The notes below the pieces were generated by a model. It was not told where the DNA came from. It did no database searches and saw nothing but the letters and a program-made list of their open reading frames with translations. This document shows positions 20,601 to 29,602 of a stretch of 64,000 nucleotides of DNA, one piece after another. Source of the stretch: a virus (lineage: Duplodnaviria; Caudoviricetes); the IMG/VR virus record IMGVR_UViG_3300028591_000076, positions 32,001-96,000 of that record; one strand, 5' to 3'. The position numbers were made by a program, and so were the translations under genes. The stretch's first letter is position 1; each line of letters begins with the position of its first letter.

Positions 20601-21043
20601 TAGTAAACCTCTAATTTAGAAAAAGCCTGTTTAAGAACTACTTTTAGTGTTTTATATACATATGATTTTTCTAGGTCATCATTCTCAAAGTCAAAATATA
20701 AAAAGCTATCCATTTCAGGTTTTTGTTTACCTGTATATATGTCAGTAAAATATGAGTCACAGTAGAGCTGGTCAATAAGAATATCTTTTTCTAGATAATA
20801 AAGCTTAAGTGTATCTCCTTTTACATAAGGGTAATCGCCAATAAAAGTAAAATTATCATTAGAAATATTTAAGCCACACTCTTCTTTTACTTCTCTAATT
20901 AGAGCTTCTTTTGGGTCTTCATTTGGTTCTACATGGCCTTTTATAATATCCCAACAAAATGGTGGCTTTCTACCTGTAGCATGTGCTAATAAAATATTAT
21001 TTGTACCCTTATTTCTTAATAAAATACCTACTCTAAGTGCCAT
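20600..21043 (-). CDS. Nudix hydrolase
   Basis: Nudix box KGHVEPNEDPKEALIREVKEECGL. Confidence 0.9.
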   Translation of the reverse strand: MALRVGILLRNKGTNNILLAHATGRKPPFCWDIIKGHVEPNEDPKEALIREVKEECGLNISNDNFTFIGDYPYVKGDTLKLYYLEKDILIDQLYCDSYFTDIYTGKQKPEMDSFLYFDFENDDLEKSYVYKTLKVVLKQAFSKLEVY

Positions 21044-21054
21044 TTTTTAATTCC

Positions 21055-21495
21055 TTAAATATCTCTAAAAACTACAATTGGTAATGATTTTTTTAATAAA
21101 CTTAAAATATCAGTATCACAAAATCCATACCAAATTTTATTAATTTTCGCTAAGTCTTTTTTAGACTCACAAACATAAATTGTTTCAACTTCACAACATC
21201 CACAACAAATGCACTTCTTAAATTCAGTTTGTTCTAACTTGTTAATAACATCTGAAACGGTCAATATTGAGAGACGTTCATAGATAGAGTCATCTCCCGT
21301 ATAGTCATCCATATAGTTATTATCAAAAGTTAGATGGTCTTTCTCTTCTTGGATAGACTGTGCTATATCAAATCCGTTGCAAGAGGGACAGCCATCACCA
21401 TCTTGAAACGCGATATATGCATTCGGTAAATTTAAATTTTTTAAGATTGCATAAATATTCTTATTAGAAATATCTTTAATATCAATTTCTTTCAT
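21055..21495 (-). CDS. Cys-rich hypothetical protein
   Basis: GCPSC and CICCGCC motifs; AAGGAG RBS; two TTACATATT copies at 21513 and 21533. Confidence 0.7.
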   Translation of the reverse strand: MKEIDIKDISNKNIYAILKNLNLPNAYIAFQDGDGCPSCNGFDIAQSIQEEKDHLTFDNNYMDDYTGDDSIYERLSILTVSDVINKLEQTEFKKCICCGCCEVETIYVCESKKDLAKINKIWYGFCDTDILSLLKKSLPIVVFRDI

Positions 21496-21553
21496 AAAAA
21501 TCTCCTTTTTAAAATATGTAATAATCTATAATAATATGTAAGCATAAATAGAA

Positions 21554-21584
21554 AAGTCCTATAAACTTATAATTTATAGGACTT
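21554..21584 (-). terminator. Intrinsic terminator after the RNA ligase
   Basis: aagtcctataaa/tttataggactt hairpin. Confidence 0.7.
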
Positions 21585-21603
21585 ATAATCTGATAATCTT
21601 AAA

Positions 21604-22866
21604 TTACCATTCTACTTTAGCTTTTACGCCTAAATCATTCATAATAGGAAGGTAAATATCAGTATATCCTTTTTTAAGATTTATCATTTTTTCTTTAATC
21701 ATTTTAGCAATTGGTTTTCCATCAGCAGCTGAAAAATAAATATTTCTTAAATTTGGCTTAACCTGACCATTTACAAATTCCGCAAAATGTTTTCTATTAT
21801 GTTTTGAGTCATTATCCCAAACATCAATAGCATAAGCAACTTCAGCATCTAATTTTTTATTGAACTCAACTAACTGCTTTACTTGCGCATCTATTTTATC
21901 TTTAAGCTCTGGCGCATTTGGAAGAATATCATCATACTGCTCAGATATAACTAAACGCCAAATACCTTCAGGATTATCATTGTCTCTAACGAATTTCATA
22001 TTAAGATATGATGGCGACTTCATTTTTACACGAGTCCAATTTTCCTCATCAACAACAACAAATCCTTCATTTTCAATGCCATTCATTTTCGAAAGCGCTT
22101 CAAGAATATCTTCGCGCTTATTAAGGTCCCAGCGTTTTGGAATATCAAATGGTATACCAAACATTGTGGCTACTTCTTCTGGGCTATGCTCAATACCTTC
22201 AGCGTCTCTAGCCCCATGGAACCAAAGCTTAGTATCTGAATATTTTACAATAATACGATTTTGTGGAGAGGTAAGCTCAAACATTAGAGTCCAACCATCT
22301 GGCACTTTATCAAGCCAACTAGCAACTACATGGAAGTCTATTCTCTTATTATCTTTATCAGTAAGAATATTACAAACAGCATTTGGATCAGCATTAGCTA
22401 TTGCGGAAGACATTAAATCAAAGTAGTCTTTAACTGTTTCAGTTTCATAGTCAAGTGGAGTAAAAAGGCCCGTTCCGCCATTAGTTACCCAATAGTCTCG
22501 TCCTTTATACTTAAAACACTTATTTAATTGACCATCCACTTTAAGCTCTGTTTTAAGTTTTTTAGAGTCCCAGTTAATTTTGTCTGCGTGTGGGTCGTTA
22601 ATATCAAAGAACTTAAGATAAGGAGCACAAATTACATTTACAGTCCCATCAGGAAGAACTTCAACTACAGTACCACGGCACTGTTTAACAATTTTATTAC
22701 TTAAGTCAGAAGAAAACAAATTATAAACTAGCATCCACCAAGTAGGATGATTTTCAAATTGCTTTATTGCTTGTAAATTATATGGCGCTTTTTTAAGTTT
22801 ATCAACCCAAGCATTATTTTTAAAATTTTTCTTAATAAATTCTTCCAACTCTTCAAAATTTTTCAT
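21604..22866 (-). CDS. RNA ligase (T4 Rnl1-like)
   Basis: CRG..KFF, ELKVDGQ (motif I), FELTSPQNRIIVKY, EGFVV, RVKMKSPSY; ATG at 22866 follows AAGGAG (the track starts at 22875). Confidence 0.85.
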   Translation of the reverse strand: MKNFEELEEFIKKNFKNNAWVDKLKKAPYNLQAIKQFENHPTWWMLVYNLFSSDLSNKIVKQCRGTVVEVLPDGTVNVICAPYLKFFDINDPHADKINWDSKKLKTELKVDGQLNKCFKYKGRDYWVTNGGTGLFTPLDYETETVKDYFDLMSSAIANADPNAVCNILTDKDNKRIDFHVVASWLDKVPDGWTLMFELTSPQNRIIVKYSDTKLWFHGARDAEGIEHSPEEVATMFGIPFDIPKRWDLNKREDILEALSKMNGIENEGFVVVDEENWTRVKMKSPSYLNMKFVRDNDNPEGIWRLVISEQYDDILPNAPELKDKIDAQVKQLVEFNKKLDAEVAYAIDVWDNDSKHNRKHFAEFVNGQVKPNLRNIYFSAADGKPIAKMIKEKMINLKKGYTDIYLPIMNDLGVKAKVEW

Positions 22867-22887
22867 AAAAACCACTCCTTTGCTATA

Positions 22888-23151
22888 TTATATAATCTTT
22901 TTCATATATAACTTATAGCCGCTATAATTTCTATTCACTAAGTCTAACGCTTCTTCATATGAATAATGAATAGCACCATCAATGCCATTCGCGTCTTCTT
23001 CTACATTATAAACTTTGGTAGGACACCAATCTGGATGTACAGAATTATGCGTAAAAATAAATCTATTATATCCTAGTTCATCTGGCTTATCTGTTTCTGC
23101 AATAATAATATATTTAGAATTATCCATAATAAATTTCCTCAATATTGGCAT
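22888..23151 (-). CDS. Hypothetical protein
   Basis: ORF; true start is probably the internal Met (MDNSK). Confidence 0.6.
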   Translation of the reverse strand: MPILRKFIMDNSKYIIIAETDKPDELGYNRFIFTHNSVHPDWCPTKVYNVEEDANGIDGAIHYSYEEALDLVNRNYSGYKLYMKKII

Positions 23152-23527
23152 TATTATATAAATGTTCTAAAAATTTAATAGTATGTTCTTCATCTACTAA
23201 TGTATAATATTTATTTGTTTCAAAGTTTATATTACTATTATTGTTACTTAATTCACAAACTAAAAACTGTCCCATAGGATCAGAGTCTAGCATTTCCTTA
23301 TCGGCATATTTTCTAAAAATAAAAAATATAGAGGTATTTGACATATTTAACTTAGCATTATATATAATTTGATAGGGCCCAATGTTAAAATAGTTATCAA
23401 TACCGTCCTTTGATATGCTAATTAAATATTCTAAGTAATTTCTATAAATTTCTTTATTAGATAATATATTATTTTTAATTTTTTGAAATAAATATTCATT
23501 AGCGGCAGACTCTACTTGCGAAAACAT
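23120..23527 (-). CDS. Small hypothetical protein, KFL paralog family, C-terminal tag IEEIYYG
   Basis: GQFLVCEL..FETNKY..IKFLEHLYN aligns with 23639-24037. Confidence 0.75.
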   Translation of the reverse strand: MFSQVESAANEYLFQKIKNNILSNKEIYRNYLEYLISISKDGIDNYFNIGPYQIIYNAKLNMSNTSIFFIFRKYADKEMLDSDPMGQFLVCELSNNNSNINFETNKYYTLVDEEHTIKFLEHLYNNANIEEIYYG

Positions 23528-23638
23528 TTATTCTCCATAAAAAATCTTATTTCAATATTATTTATAATATGTAGGATATACTGTGCTAGTGTGAATGGAT
23601 ATTTTGCTAAAGACTAAATATTCTTTTAAATTATATAA

Positions 23639-24037
23639 TTAAAAATATTCTTGTAATATTGAGTTTTTATATTGCTTTAAGTTATATAAATCATCCAAAA
23701 ATTTTAGTATTAGTCTTTCTTCACTCTCTGAAATATAGCGGTTACCCTCAAAATCTACTTTGATATTATTTAACTCAAACCATAAAAACTGTCCAAATAC
23801 TTCTTCATTATCTCTATTAAGAGGACCAAAAGCAAAAAAAGTAAAGGTTTTGGTAATAGAATTATAATTCCACTTTATTTCAAATTCATTAAAAAATAAA
23901 GATTTACAATCATCACCTATACAGTCTATTCCAATTGCTCTATATAATATTGCTGAATAAGCTTTTTCTCTAGAAGTTATTTTTTTATAGATTTCTTTCG
24001 CTAACTGCTCATTTTCCATTATAGTATGCGTAAACAT
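23639..24037 (-). CDS. Small hypothetical protein, KFL paralog family, C-terminal tag ILQEYF
   Basis: GQFLWFEL..FEGNRY..LKFLDDLYN. Confidence 0.75.
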   Translation of the reverse strand: MFTHTIMENEQLAKEIYKKITSREKAYSAILYRAIGIDCIGDDCKSLFFNEFEIKWNYNSITKTFTFFAFGPLNRDNEEVFGQFLWFELNNIKVDFEGNRYISESEERLILKFLDDLYNLKQYKNSILQEYF

Positions 24038-24038
24038 T

Positions 24039-24419
24039 CTAATCTGCCTTTTCTAACTTTACTTTAAGAGGTTTAGCTGGAATATTTTCAAATTCAGTAT
24101 TTACCATACAAACTATATCTTCTAGAATATTCCTGCTCATCGGATAATTCTGTATATATAAATAAGAAGCTAATCCAATCTTTTTCTCATCATTCTTAAA
24201 AATTGCTCTAAAATATGGTAACATATAAGAATAATATGATATATATGCACGTGCTAAATTTGTTGATGAGTCTAATTCTGCATCAAGTTCAGAAGTTTTT
24301 ATTTTTGTAACACAGCCTGATGATTTTGACCTTATAATTTGCTCTATTATAGTTTTTAGATTAACTATAAAAAGAATTACTGTAATTGCTATAATTACTA
24401 ATGATAATAATTGGTCCAT
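24039..24419 (-). CDS. Membrane-anchored hypothetical protein
   Basis: N-terminal hydrophobic helix LLSLVIIAITVILFIV. Confidence 0.65.
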   Translation of the reverse strand: MDQLLSLVIIAITVILFIVNLKTIIEQIIRSKSSGCVTKIKTSELDAELDSSTNLARAYISYYSYMLPYFRAIFKNDEKKIGLASYLYIQNYPMSRNILEDIVCMVNTEFENIPAKPLKVKLEKAD

Positions 24420-24421
24420 TT

Positions 24422-24769
24422 TTATTCTCCATAATAATCGTCTACTTTATTTTCAAACTTAATATAACTTAAGAATTTAGACAAGAGTCTATCTTCTCTT
24501 TCTGTTTCTATATCAGAAAAAAAGCCAGATGCTAAATTATAACTTAAAAAAGTTTGCATTCCAAAGTTTACTAAAACTTTATCAGCCTGTCTATAATCAG
24601 GATGTACATACATAAGAATACTAAAAGGACCAAGCTTTTTCTCATAAAATGCTTGAAAAGAACCCTCATATAAAAGATTTATAATTTTAGCATTCTTAAA
24701 ATCTAGCTTAGAAATATAAACTTCTATTAAGTCTCGATCTTCGAATGGCATAAAAAAACCTGTACCCAT
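24422..24769 (-). CDS. Small hypothetical protein, KFL family, C-terminal tag KVDDYYGE
   Basis: EDRLLSKFLSY near the C-terminus. Confidence 0.7.
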   Translation of the reverse strand: MGTGFFMPFEDRDLIEVYISKLDFKNAKIINLLYEGSFQAFYEKKLGPFSILMYVHPDYRQADKVLVNFGMQTFLSYNLASGFFSDIETEREDRLLSKFLSYIKFENKVDDYYGE

Positions 24770-24773
24770 AATA

Positions 24774-25181
24774 TTAAAAATAATTACTAGCGATACTTAT
24801 AGAATGCATTATCGCATTTTTATCTCTATAAAATATAACTGTAAATTTTTTCTTAAATACCTTTATAAAAGTACATTCCATATTATTAGACTTCTTAAAA
24901 ATACTAACTTGAGAAAGATAGCCCTCATTTAATAATCTTCCAATACTACAATCTTTATAATATTTTGCATAGCGCTCATAATTTAAAAATGTAGTAACTT
25001 TATATTTATCATCTAAGGGTACAGAGTATTTTGTTAGGCCATATCCATCATCAAATATTTTTTCTGTACTCATTTCATTATCATTAAAAGTATTATCAAT
25101 CTTAAAATCTGATAAAGTTAAAGACTCTAAAAACTCTGCAATTTGATTTATTTCATTTATGTCTTCTATGCTATTAAACAT
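24774..25181 (-). CDS. Small hypothetical protein, C-terminal tag SIASNYF
   Basis: ORF in operon. Confidence 0.7.
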   Translation of the reverse strand: MFNSIEDINEINQIAEFLESLTLSDFKIDNTFNDNEMSTEKIFDDGYGLTKYSVPLDDKYKVTTFLNYERYAKYYKDCSIGRLLNEGYLSQVSIFKKSNNMECTFIKVFKKKFTVIFYRDKNAIMHSISIASNYF

Positions 25182-25187
25182 ATTATT

Positions 25188-25589
25188 TTATTCGTTAAGA
25201 CAAATATAATATTTACTATCTTCGCCTTGTATTATTTGTAAATTATGACCATTTTTACAAGTAAAGCCCCATATAGCTTCTACTTTGGAATTATTAGTAT
25301 CTTCCCAAGCGCATTTTGTTTCTACATCAATATCAGTCACTACATTTTCATATGTATCTACTTTTTGCGCTGTAACTTTAATGCATTGTGGCACATCATC
25401 TACGGTAAATCGCCATTTTATACCAGTTGATCTTTCCAAAGAAAATTTTAAATAGTATGTATAAAGGTCATCTATATCAAAAAGTGAAGCCTTATCAATA
25501 GTAGTAAAATTAAATTGACCACATAAATTTGATAAGTAACAATCATTATTATTACTATTTCCTTGTGCTAATAGCGTGTCCATACCCAT
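25188..25589 (-). CDS. Hypothetical protein
   Basis: ORF with GAGG RBS. Confidence 0.65.
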   Translation of the reverse strand: MGMDTLLAQGNSNNNDCYLSNLCGQFNFTTIDKASLFDIDDLYTYYLKFSLERSTGIKWRFTVDDVPQCIKVTAQKVDTYENVVTDIDVETKCAWEDTNNSKVEAIWGFTCKNGHNLQIIQGEDSKYYICLNE

Positions 25590-25594
25590 TACCT

Positions 25595-25954
25595 CTATTC
25601 ATAATATTCCATTTCTGAAAGATGCATATAAAATTGACTTAAGAACTTTAATACAAGCGTTTTATTAGGCCCAGAAATAAATGTGCATTCTTCTTTATCT
25701 GAGAATCTAGAAATTCCATAATAAATAACTTGTTCTTCATTATGGAATACTCTAAATTCATAAGTAAAGTTTTTGCTATAGCTATCTATAATACCTTTAA
25801 CCTTAAAACTACCAATATCAAATTCTAAATCTGAATTTTTTACTTTCTCTATGAAAAAATCAAAAACTTTATCTTCGCTTTTATTAAAAAATTCTTTTAT
25901 TTCTTCATAAGCACTCTTATCTATTAAGCAATTAATTTTTAATGGATATGCCAT
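25595..25954 (-). CDS. Small hypothetical protein, KFL family, C-terminal tag EMEYYE
   Basis: LVLKFLSQFY near the C-terminus. Confidence 0.7.
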   Translation of the reverse strand: MAYPLKINCLIDKSAYEEIKEFFNKSEDKVFDFFIEKVKNSDLEFDIGSFKVKGIIDSYSKNFTYEFRVFHNEEQVIYYGISRFSDKEECTFISGPNKTLVLKFLSQFYMHLSEMEYYE

Positions 25955-25957
25955 AAA

Positions 25958-26778
25958 CTAGTCATCCGTAGGAATTACTTTTTCAATATATTCCTTATCT
26001 TGAGTAAAAATTGGAATTTCCTCATCGATTTCCCACCGTGAGCGATTTATTTTTTCATCAAATACATGAATTACACAAGAACCCCGTTTTTCTACAGTCT
26101 TACGGTCATTCCAGTTAATATTCTTTTCTTCATGAAGTTTATCTTGAAGCTGTGAATTATTTAAGCCCTGTATTTGCTTCTGTGAAAAATTCGCTTGAGC
26201 AAGTCCCTGAATTGAATTACGAGTTGCATCATTCTGACGCCAAATGAAATAATTAACAATTTCATTTTCTGGAATATTAAATGCTCTAGCATCAAAATAT
26301 CCACCTAATTCAGTTTTCTTTAAAAGGACATTTTTGTAAAAACGTTCATCTTCATCTTCACGAAAATTATCCTCAACTCTTTCTTTATAGAACTTCTCTA
26401 CCAAGTCTGCCCAATTCTTATTAAAGTACATTGTGGCCATTGACGCAGCGACAGAACAAATTTTCTGAACAGAATAATCAAACCATGCATCGGTCTGTAA
26501 ACTATCATAGTCAGTCAAAAGTAATGAAATTTCGTCAGACTCTACATATCCTATCTTACATCCTTGAATATGCTCACAAAGGTCCTTAGTAGTTAATTGC
26601 ATTACTTCAATAAAAAGTGGGTCATAAGGTTTTCTTAAACCCTTACAAAAACTATGAAAATGACCTAATGACACCCGTCAATACGAATAATGACGGGTGT
26701 CCTACGAGTTAAATATGTCTTAGAGCGGTTTTCGTAGAAATCCTTCATACGATCCCCGAGTGAGTCTCTTACAGCCAT
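25958..26778 (-). CDS. thg1: tRNA(His) guanylyltransferase Thg1/TLP, split by an 8-nt insert containing TAG (recoded gene or pseudogene)
   Basis: ATG at 26778 after AAGGAGGAG gives MAVRDSLGDRMKDFYE..RTPVIIRIDGCH then TAG at 26665-26667. The downstream frame continues HFHSFCKGLRKPYD..GYVESDEISLL..QKICS..FDARAF..WRQNDATRNS. Confidence 0.9.
26670..26701 (-). other. GC-rich hairpin inside thg1, ending on the codon before the internal stop
   Basis: GACACCCGTCA pairs perfectly with TGACGGGTGTC; the loop region can form UA-UUCG-UA. Confidence 0.85.
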
Positions 26779-26813
26779 AAGAACTCTCCTCCTTATATAA
26801 TCTTATTTATAAT

Positions 26814-26822
26814 AATATGTAA
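26814..26822 (-). promoter_or_regulatory. TTACATATT promoter-like motif (class A) heading the thg1 operon
   Basis: Exact motif copy upstream of the RBS. Confidence 0.6.
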
Positions 26823-26845
26823 ATTGTCTTAAAAATATATATTTA

Positions 26846-27649
26846 TTATATATTTTTTCCATTATTCATATAAATAGATTCTCCAGCGTTTACTTCATTA
26901 GCATTTAATGCGCCGGATATCCTAATATCATTATCAGCAGATATTGTCTCAGCTTTTACCGTTCCTTTTACTGTAAGGTCTTGACCAATATTTAAGTCGT
27001 TTCCTTCAACATTACCACCAATGGTTACTTCGTCGTTAGTTTCTATATCTTTTGCTTTAAGATTACCGCCAACATTAAGAGTACTAGTATCTAAATCTCC
27101 AAGTGTAGCATTTCCTGAAACTTCAAATTTGTCATCTACTTGAATATCACCATCTGTTTTTAAATCTCCAGTAACATTTATATTTCCAGATGAACTTATA
27201 TTACCAGTAATACTATCTGCTGTTATAGTTAAATCACCATCACAATCAATATCGCCACAAATATTTTTTGCGGTCAAATTAAATGACTCATCACAGCTAA
27301 TAGAGCCCACACTTCCTTCAACCTGAATATTAAGCTCAGAAATAAATAAGTTCATATCATTATCTTTTTCTTTTTCTATTATAATAGGCTGTGGCTGTTC
27401 TGGTAGAGTAGACTTTTTTGAGTCTTTTTCAAGATTTATTTTATCCGACTCAATCGACACATTATAGTCTTTTAAATGTTTTAAATAAGCAGTAACATTT
27501 TCATTATTCGCATAAATCTTTTCACCATCATAGCTTAATGAGCTAATATTGTCATCAATAGGCACAAGCTCATCTAAGTACTGACCATTTATTTTAATCC
27601 TACCATGAATATCCGATAATGTAAAGTTCTTATTTTTCCAAAATCCCAT
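26846..27649 (-). CDS. Beta-helix protein, bactofilin / polymer-forming cytoskeletal-like
   Basis: Repeating [ILV]-x-[VI]-x-G-[ND]-[ILV] units in the C-terminal half. Confidence 0.6.
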   Translation of the reverse strand: MGFWKNKNFTLSDIHGRIKINGQYLDELVPIDDNISSLSYDGEKIYANNENVTAYLKHLKDYNVSIESDKINLEKDSKKSTLPEQPQPIIIEKEKDNDMNLFISELNIQVEGSVGSISCDESFNLTAKNICGDIDCDGDLTITADSITGNISSSGNINVTGDLKTDGDIQVDDKFEVSGNATLGDLDTSTLNVGGNLKAKDIETNDEVTIGGNVEGNDLNIGQDLTVKGTVKAETISADNDIRISGALNANEVNAGESIYMNNGKNI

Positions 27650-27652
27650 TTT

Positions 27653-27859
27653 TTACTCCAGCGATGATAAAGTAATTATATCTATAATTGGATATGTTTT
27701 TCCATTATAGCTATATTTATATGAATTATTTAAAATAAATTTTTTCTTTTTTTCTGCTCTATGTGAGGTAGGACAATAGCCTATTAGTGTACTAACCTCC
27801 TGAACACCAGAACTAGATGCTATCCTATCTGTTCTTTTAAGTATATAAATTGATTTCAT
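27653..27859 (-). CDS. Hypothetical protein
   Basis: Translationally coupled ORF. Confidence 0.55.
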   Translation of the reverse strand: MKSIYILKRTDRIASSSGVQEVSTLIGYCPTSHRAEKKKKFILNNSYKYSYNGKTYPIIDIITLSSLE

Positions 27860-28815
27860 TAATTTATCCAGCTCTCCTCATGTTTTATAAGATATTCCAT
27901 TGCAGCCATACCTGCATTATATTTATCTTTCTTATAATCCTCATATACTTTTAAAAGTGCTTTATGTTTAGCCTCATCATCTTCCATTTTATATATATCA
28001 TTTTGACGAGTTAAATAACATTCATCATCATCTGATAAATCAATATATTTCTTTAAGAGTTTTCTATATGTCCAAATCTCATGAAGAGTTTTAATTCTAC
28101 CATCTACCAAAGATTTTAAGTTATCAGATAACTTAATATAATCTTCTGGTGTAATTTCAAAGGTCTCATATTGTAAAAAAGCTTTTGCTACTTCTTTTTG
28201 TGATATACCACAAAAGCTTACAATTTTATTAATTATAGCGTCTATATTTAATGAATTATAAAATGCTTCTGAACTATTTAATAGCTTTTCTTTATAATCT
28301 TGTACATCTTCAGTTTCTAGTGTTTCCCAATTTGCAATTACTTTCTTAGTTTTACCCTCTACTGGGACATCTACAAAATATCCAATTTTAAGTTGGTCTT
28401 TATCTTTTAATAAATAAAAAGATGATCCCGTATAATCTCCACTTGCTGGCTTACTACAAATATAATATCGGTCTTTTGAGGATTTTAAAAATTCCTTAAT
28501 AGATTTTTCTATAAATGGTAATTTTTTTTCATATGAGACATTATCATCTATTAGCTTATATCCATCAATAGCTCTTTTATAATGATAATCATATTTTCTT
28601 ATGCTATTATACATTTGTCTACATTTAATCTCCATAAAACCAAACATAGACATACCACCAGACCAGGTATCATTTAAAACCCAAAGATTACCTTGATACA
28701 TATCTTTTTCTTTTCTAAAGCGAAAATAATATTCTGTTTCAAAAAACTGTTCAACTATTCTCTTTAATTCTTGAAATGGCTTTTTAATAGCTGTGATTAT
28801 CCCATAAAATTTCAT
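27859..28815 (-). CDS. Hypothetical protein
   Basis: 318 aa ORF downstream of Sir2. Confidence 0.7.
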   Translation of the reverse strand: MKFYGIITAIKKPFQELKRIVEQFFETEYYFRFRKEKDMYQGNLWVLNDTWSGGMSMFGFMEIKCRQMYNSIRKYDYHYKRAIDGYKLIDDNVSYEKKLPFIEKSIKEFLKSSKDRYYICSKPASGDYTGSSFYLLKDKDQLKIGYFVDVPVEGKTKKVIANWETLETEDVQDYKEKLLNSSEAFYNSLNIDAIINKIVSFCGISQKEVAKAFLQYETFEITPEDYIKLSDNLKSLVDGRIKTLHEIWTYRKLLKKYIDLSDDDECYLTRQNDIYKMEDDEAKHKALLKVYEDYKKDKYNAGMAAMEYLIKHEESWIN

Positions 28816-28819
28816 ACTA

Positions 28820-29566
28820 TTACCTTACAATAATTTTTTCAAAAACTTCTTTCATATCTCTATGAATAACTAAATCAGCCATAGAATCAACTTCTGTTTC
28901 TTGCAGGTTAAGAATAACAAATTTCTCACCCCTAAAATACCTAAGTAAGCTATTTGCAGGATGTACTACTAATGAAGTACCAGCAACAATAAGCATATCT
29001 GCGTTTTTTAGAGCTTTAACAGACTTATCCCAAGCATCACTCGGTAAATTTTCTTCATACAATGTTACGTCAGGTTTTATAACAGACCCACAATCACAGA
29101 TAGGAATACCATCTTCATTTCTTCTTTCAAATAAATCGCTAATAGAATATTCCTTATTACAGCCCTGTCTAACACAATGGTTTGTAAAAGTAGTTCCATG
29201 AACTTGATAAACTTCTTTTGATCCTGCATCCTGATGTAATGTATCAATATTCTGGGTTATAATTGCTTTTAATTTTCCAATAGCCTCTAACTCAGCTAAC
29301 TTTTTATGAATAATATTTGGCTCAATTTTTTGGCCATTCATAAGTATCTTATCAAAATAAAATTTATAAAAAAGCTCAGTTTCTTTTTTCCAACAAGTAT
29401 GAGATAAAATATATTCTGGCGCTTTATTTCCATAATTTTGAGCATATAGTCCATTTGGACTTCTAAAATCAGGAATACCAGAAGCCGTAGAAACACCAGC
29501 TCCGCCAAAAAATACTATATTCTTACTATCGTCTATATATTTCTGTAATTGTTCAATATCTGTCAT
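28820..29566 (-). CDS. cobB: Sir2/CobB-family NAD-dependent deacylase
   Basis: GAGVSTASGIPDFR, TQNID, VHG, four Zn-binding Cys, GTSLVVHPA. Confidence 0.93.
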   Translation of the reverse strand: MTDIEQLQKYIDDSKNIVFFGGAGVSTASGIPDFRSPNGLYAQNYGNKAPEYILSHTCWKKETELFYKFYFDKILMNGQKIEPNIIHKKLAELEAIGKLKAIITQNIDTLHQDAGSKEVYQVHGTTFTNHCVRQGCNKEYSISDLFERRNEDGIPICDCGSVIKPDVTLYEENLPSDAWDKSVKALKNADMLIVAGTSLVVHPANSLLRYFRGEKFVILNLQETEVDSMADLVIHRDMKEVFEKIIVR

Positions 29567-29602
29567 AAATTACCTTTATTAAATATGTAATAATTATTTA
29601 AT

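Noticed and set aside
21860-22426. 188-aa + strand ORF
   Set aside because: Ser-rich antisense mirror of the RNA ligase. The same applies to other nested track ORFs such as 43386, 47185, 51869, 54001 and 63735.
26665-26667. TAG reassignment (code 15) or simple read-through explaining the thg1 stop
   Set aside because: Reading through TAG stays in the wrong frame and hits TAA 9 codons later. TAG ends normal genes here (terL, thg1) and long ORFs are intact in code 11.
25958-26674. ORF-track start of thg1 at GTG 26674
   Set aside because: It has no RBS and omits the conserved DRMK..RIDG N-terminus found upstream in another frame.
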